From the NCBI GenBank assembly GCA_030704615.1, contig CM060734.1, positions 42,594,001 to 42,658,000 on the forward strand: a stretch of DNA of 64,000 nucleotides, in the 5' to 3' direction. Shown in pieces: positions 61,709 to 64,000 of the stretch. Each line of letters begins with the position of its first letter. The stretch's first letter is position 1. A program made the position numbers and the translations under genes. The notes beneath the pieces were generated by a model, which was not told where the DNA came from, searched no databases, and saw only the letters and a program-made list of their open reading frames with translations. Source of the stretch: Takakia lepidozioides (lineage: Eukaryota; Plantae; Bryophyta).

Positions 61709-62830
61709 GAGACAGAATAGAAGCGTTGTATTAAAGTCTTTGAATGTAACTTTACATCTCCTCAGAAGTGTCTCTAGTCTATGAGATATGAAAGGTTACT
61801 TACTACTTGACTTACTAATCTACATACCCTTAATACTCCCACTTAGGTAGTGAGTCATGTTCTAGAGTTAAGCTGAATGCTACCCTCTAGTTTCTACTAT
61901 GTAACCTAAAGCTAGCACTTCGCACAAGGTGGCCAGTCTTGAAACAAAAACAAATCTTGGTTGATCAGCTGTAAAAAAAAACCAATATAGAGCAGCTTCA
62001 ACTGTAGAGAACAAGTAGCAATAAGACCAAGTCGAAGAGCACAATATTCATGCTTGAACTTGGTAAGAGATTTAGTAAATATATCTGCAACATTCTCATC
62101 AGTGTTGCAGTATTCCAGCTTCACCATAGTCAATCCTCTCATACCACGCACATGAAGCTTGTTTATGACCATATAGACTTCAAAGGAGGCAATCGACTTA
62201 GTATTCATGGCTTGCCTTTACAAAGCCTTCAAGTTGACGCATGTAGATCTCCTCTTTGAGGTGGCCATGTAAGAATGTCGTTTTGACATCCATTTGGTCA
62301 ACCTCCCAATTGTTAATTGCTCCAGTACTGCCAAAAGAACACAAATGGATGTGATCTTGACCACATGAGAAAAAATATCAGTGTAGTCAAGACCTGCAAC
62401 TTGCGAGTACCCTTTGGCGACAAGTCGAGCTTTATAGCTCTAAACCGTCCCATCAAGATTCAACTTGAGTTTAAAAATCCACTTGCAGGCATCGGCTTAC
62501 GGCCCGCTGGGAGATCAGCTAACGCCTACGTATTGTAACTCTTCATTAAGGACTGAAACTCAGAGCAATGGTAGCTTGCCAATGTTGAGCATCAAGCCTT
62601 GTCGGAGCTTCATGGTAAGACGAGGGTTTTGTCATAAGACTAGACTTAGATGGACGCTCGTGAAAATGAAGATTTTTGGGATTATATTTTGACTCGACGA
62701 CCACACCTGGTAAGTTGTGGTTGGGTACCAAATGTGAAACCAGAGAGTGCAAGAAAGAGAGACCAGTGATAGACGGAAGTTCATTTGGGATAAAGGGGCT
62801 GAAGCTCAGCAATAGGTAGTGTGTCATCAA
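61614..62830 (-). mobile_element. Second copia family: LTR-like segment plus deleted RNase H/RT remnants
   Basis: LEYCNTDENVADIFTKSL; WEVDQMDVKT-like and KARLVAK motifs; purine tract AAGTGGGAG next to the LTR-like segment. Confidence 0.7.
61665..61706. repeat. (GA)n microsatellite
   Basis: About 20 AG units. Confidence 0.95.
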
Positions 62831-63499
62831 CTATCAAACCTGGAAGATTAGATTAATATCATACATTTTAAAAAAGAACTTAAACTGTGGGATTTAGTCA
62901 TAGGTACTGAAATCAAACCTAGCACAAGTACCTCACCCGGTGGAACAATAACAAATCCATTGGGGAGTACTAGTGTAGGTTCCATAGACGTAAACCGAGA
63001 AGATAGAGATAGGACAACACAATTGTTAATAATATATAGTGTTAAAAATACTTGTCTCGATCATGCGATCTCTGCACTCATAGCAAGTGGGAATTGGGTA
63101 GCATTATAAAGAGTTTATCAAACAAATGACTTGATGAATAACTGTCATCTTAGAAAACAATATGTAAATTACAGTTTGAGATAAGGGAGTGATATTAAAA
63201 TTCATATTCATGAATTTAGACTTCTTTTAGAACAACGAGGGTCGATGGGGGTCATATATTCAGATGAAGACAACGTAGAAACGCTCTTAAGTAGTCTTCT
63301 AGAGTCATATGAGCCCATGATTATGACCTTGAGTAATCAACTTGGTTTAACCCTTCAGGATGTTGCAGCCAAATTATTGACTGGCGACATTCGCAGAAGG
63401 AAGAATGGTGACTTATTTGCAACAGATGGAGTCATAACATTCTGGGCTGGCAGGAAGCCAAACCAGAAAAGGCAGATAAGTGGATCTCAAGTAATCTGA
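62831..63499 (+). mobile_element. Copia-type gag remnant
   Basis: DEDNVETLLSSLLESYEPMIMTL..LTLQDVAAKLL is UBN2-gag-like. Confidence 0.6.
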
Positions 63500-63779
63500 T
63501 CACCTAGTTATCTTGTCATTTTTCAATAGTTATGCATAACCGGCCCCCCTAAAACTTGTTTACTCGGATTGTGTTTATCTTGCACCCGGTGCATTCGGTT
63601 AGCGGAGGGTGAATGCAGGAATGACTAGACCAAAATGGACGTTACCGGCACAGTTTAAGATGACTACAATTGATGATGTCATCAATTGCAGTCATCATTT
63701 TTTTTTAAAATTAACTCATTAAAACCAGCAAATATATATGTAATTGGATTCTTAGCTTCAATGCACACCCATAACAACC

Positions 63780-64000
63780 CTCCAATCATAAATCCGATAA
63801 GAAATGACAAAGTTATGGACTTTTGAAGACCATACAGTGGACTTGTTTCCGCCGTGAATGGAATTACAATGGACTAAAGAAGTCCTATGTGCCATTGGTC
63901 AATTCCATTGAAATTTGGACATAAGGTGACCATTTTGGTCCACATCATAGATATGAATTTGAAGTGGCAAAATCCCTCTGCATTTGACTCCTATGGACTA
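63780..64000. repeat. Further ATGGACT-motif element, cut by the window edge
   Basis: Repeated ATGGACT/GTGGACT motifs as in 52319-52832 and 56716-57474. Confidence 0.45.

Overview
This is eukaryotic, intron-rich plant nuclear DNA. It most likely comes from a seed-free land plant such as a bryophyte, lycophyte or fern; this is inferred from gene content, not proven. The left ~47 kb holds five spliced genes: (1) the 3' part of a four-domain (4x6TM) cation channel resembling the NALCN/Cch1 lineage, with Asp at the pore filter position of domains III and IV, an IQ motif and a tandem-repeat tail; (2) a BRCT-domain gene on the minus strand with a U12 AT-AC intron; (3) an importin-4-like karyopherin with one or two U12 GT-AG introns; (4) a FAD-dependent (DAO/ThiO-like) oxidoreductase whose large intron carries a PPR pseudogene fragment and a decayed ~1.1 kb LSU rRNA fragment; (5) an uncharacterised Gln/Pro-rich coiled-coil protein. 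The right ~16 kb is a nest of decayed Ty1/copia elements with short LTRs, MITEs and a tRNA-derived SINE. Its junctions look like an inverted auto-integration product. Exon boundaries were read by eye, and family assignments rest on recalled motif similarity, not database searches.
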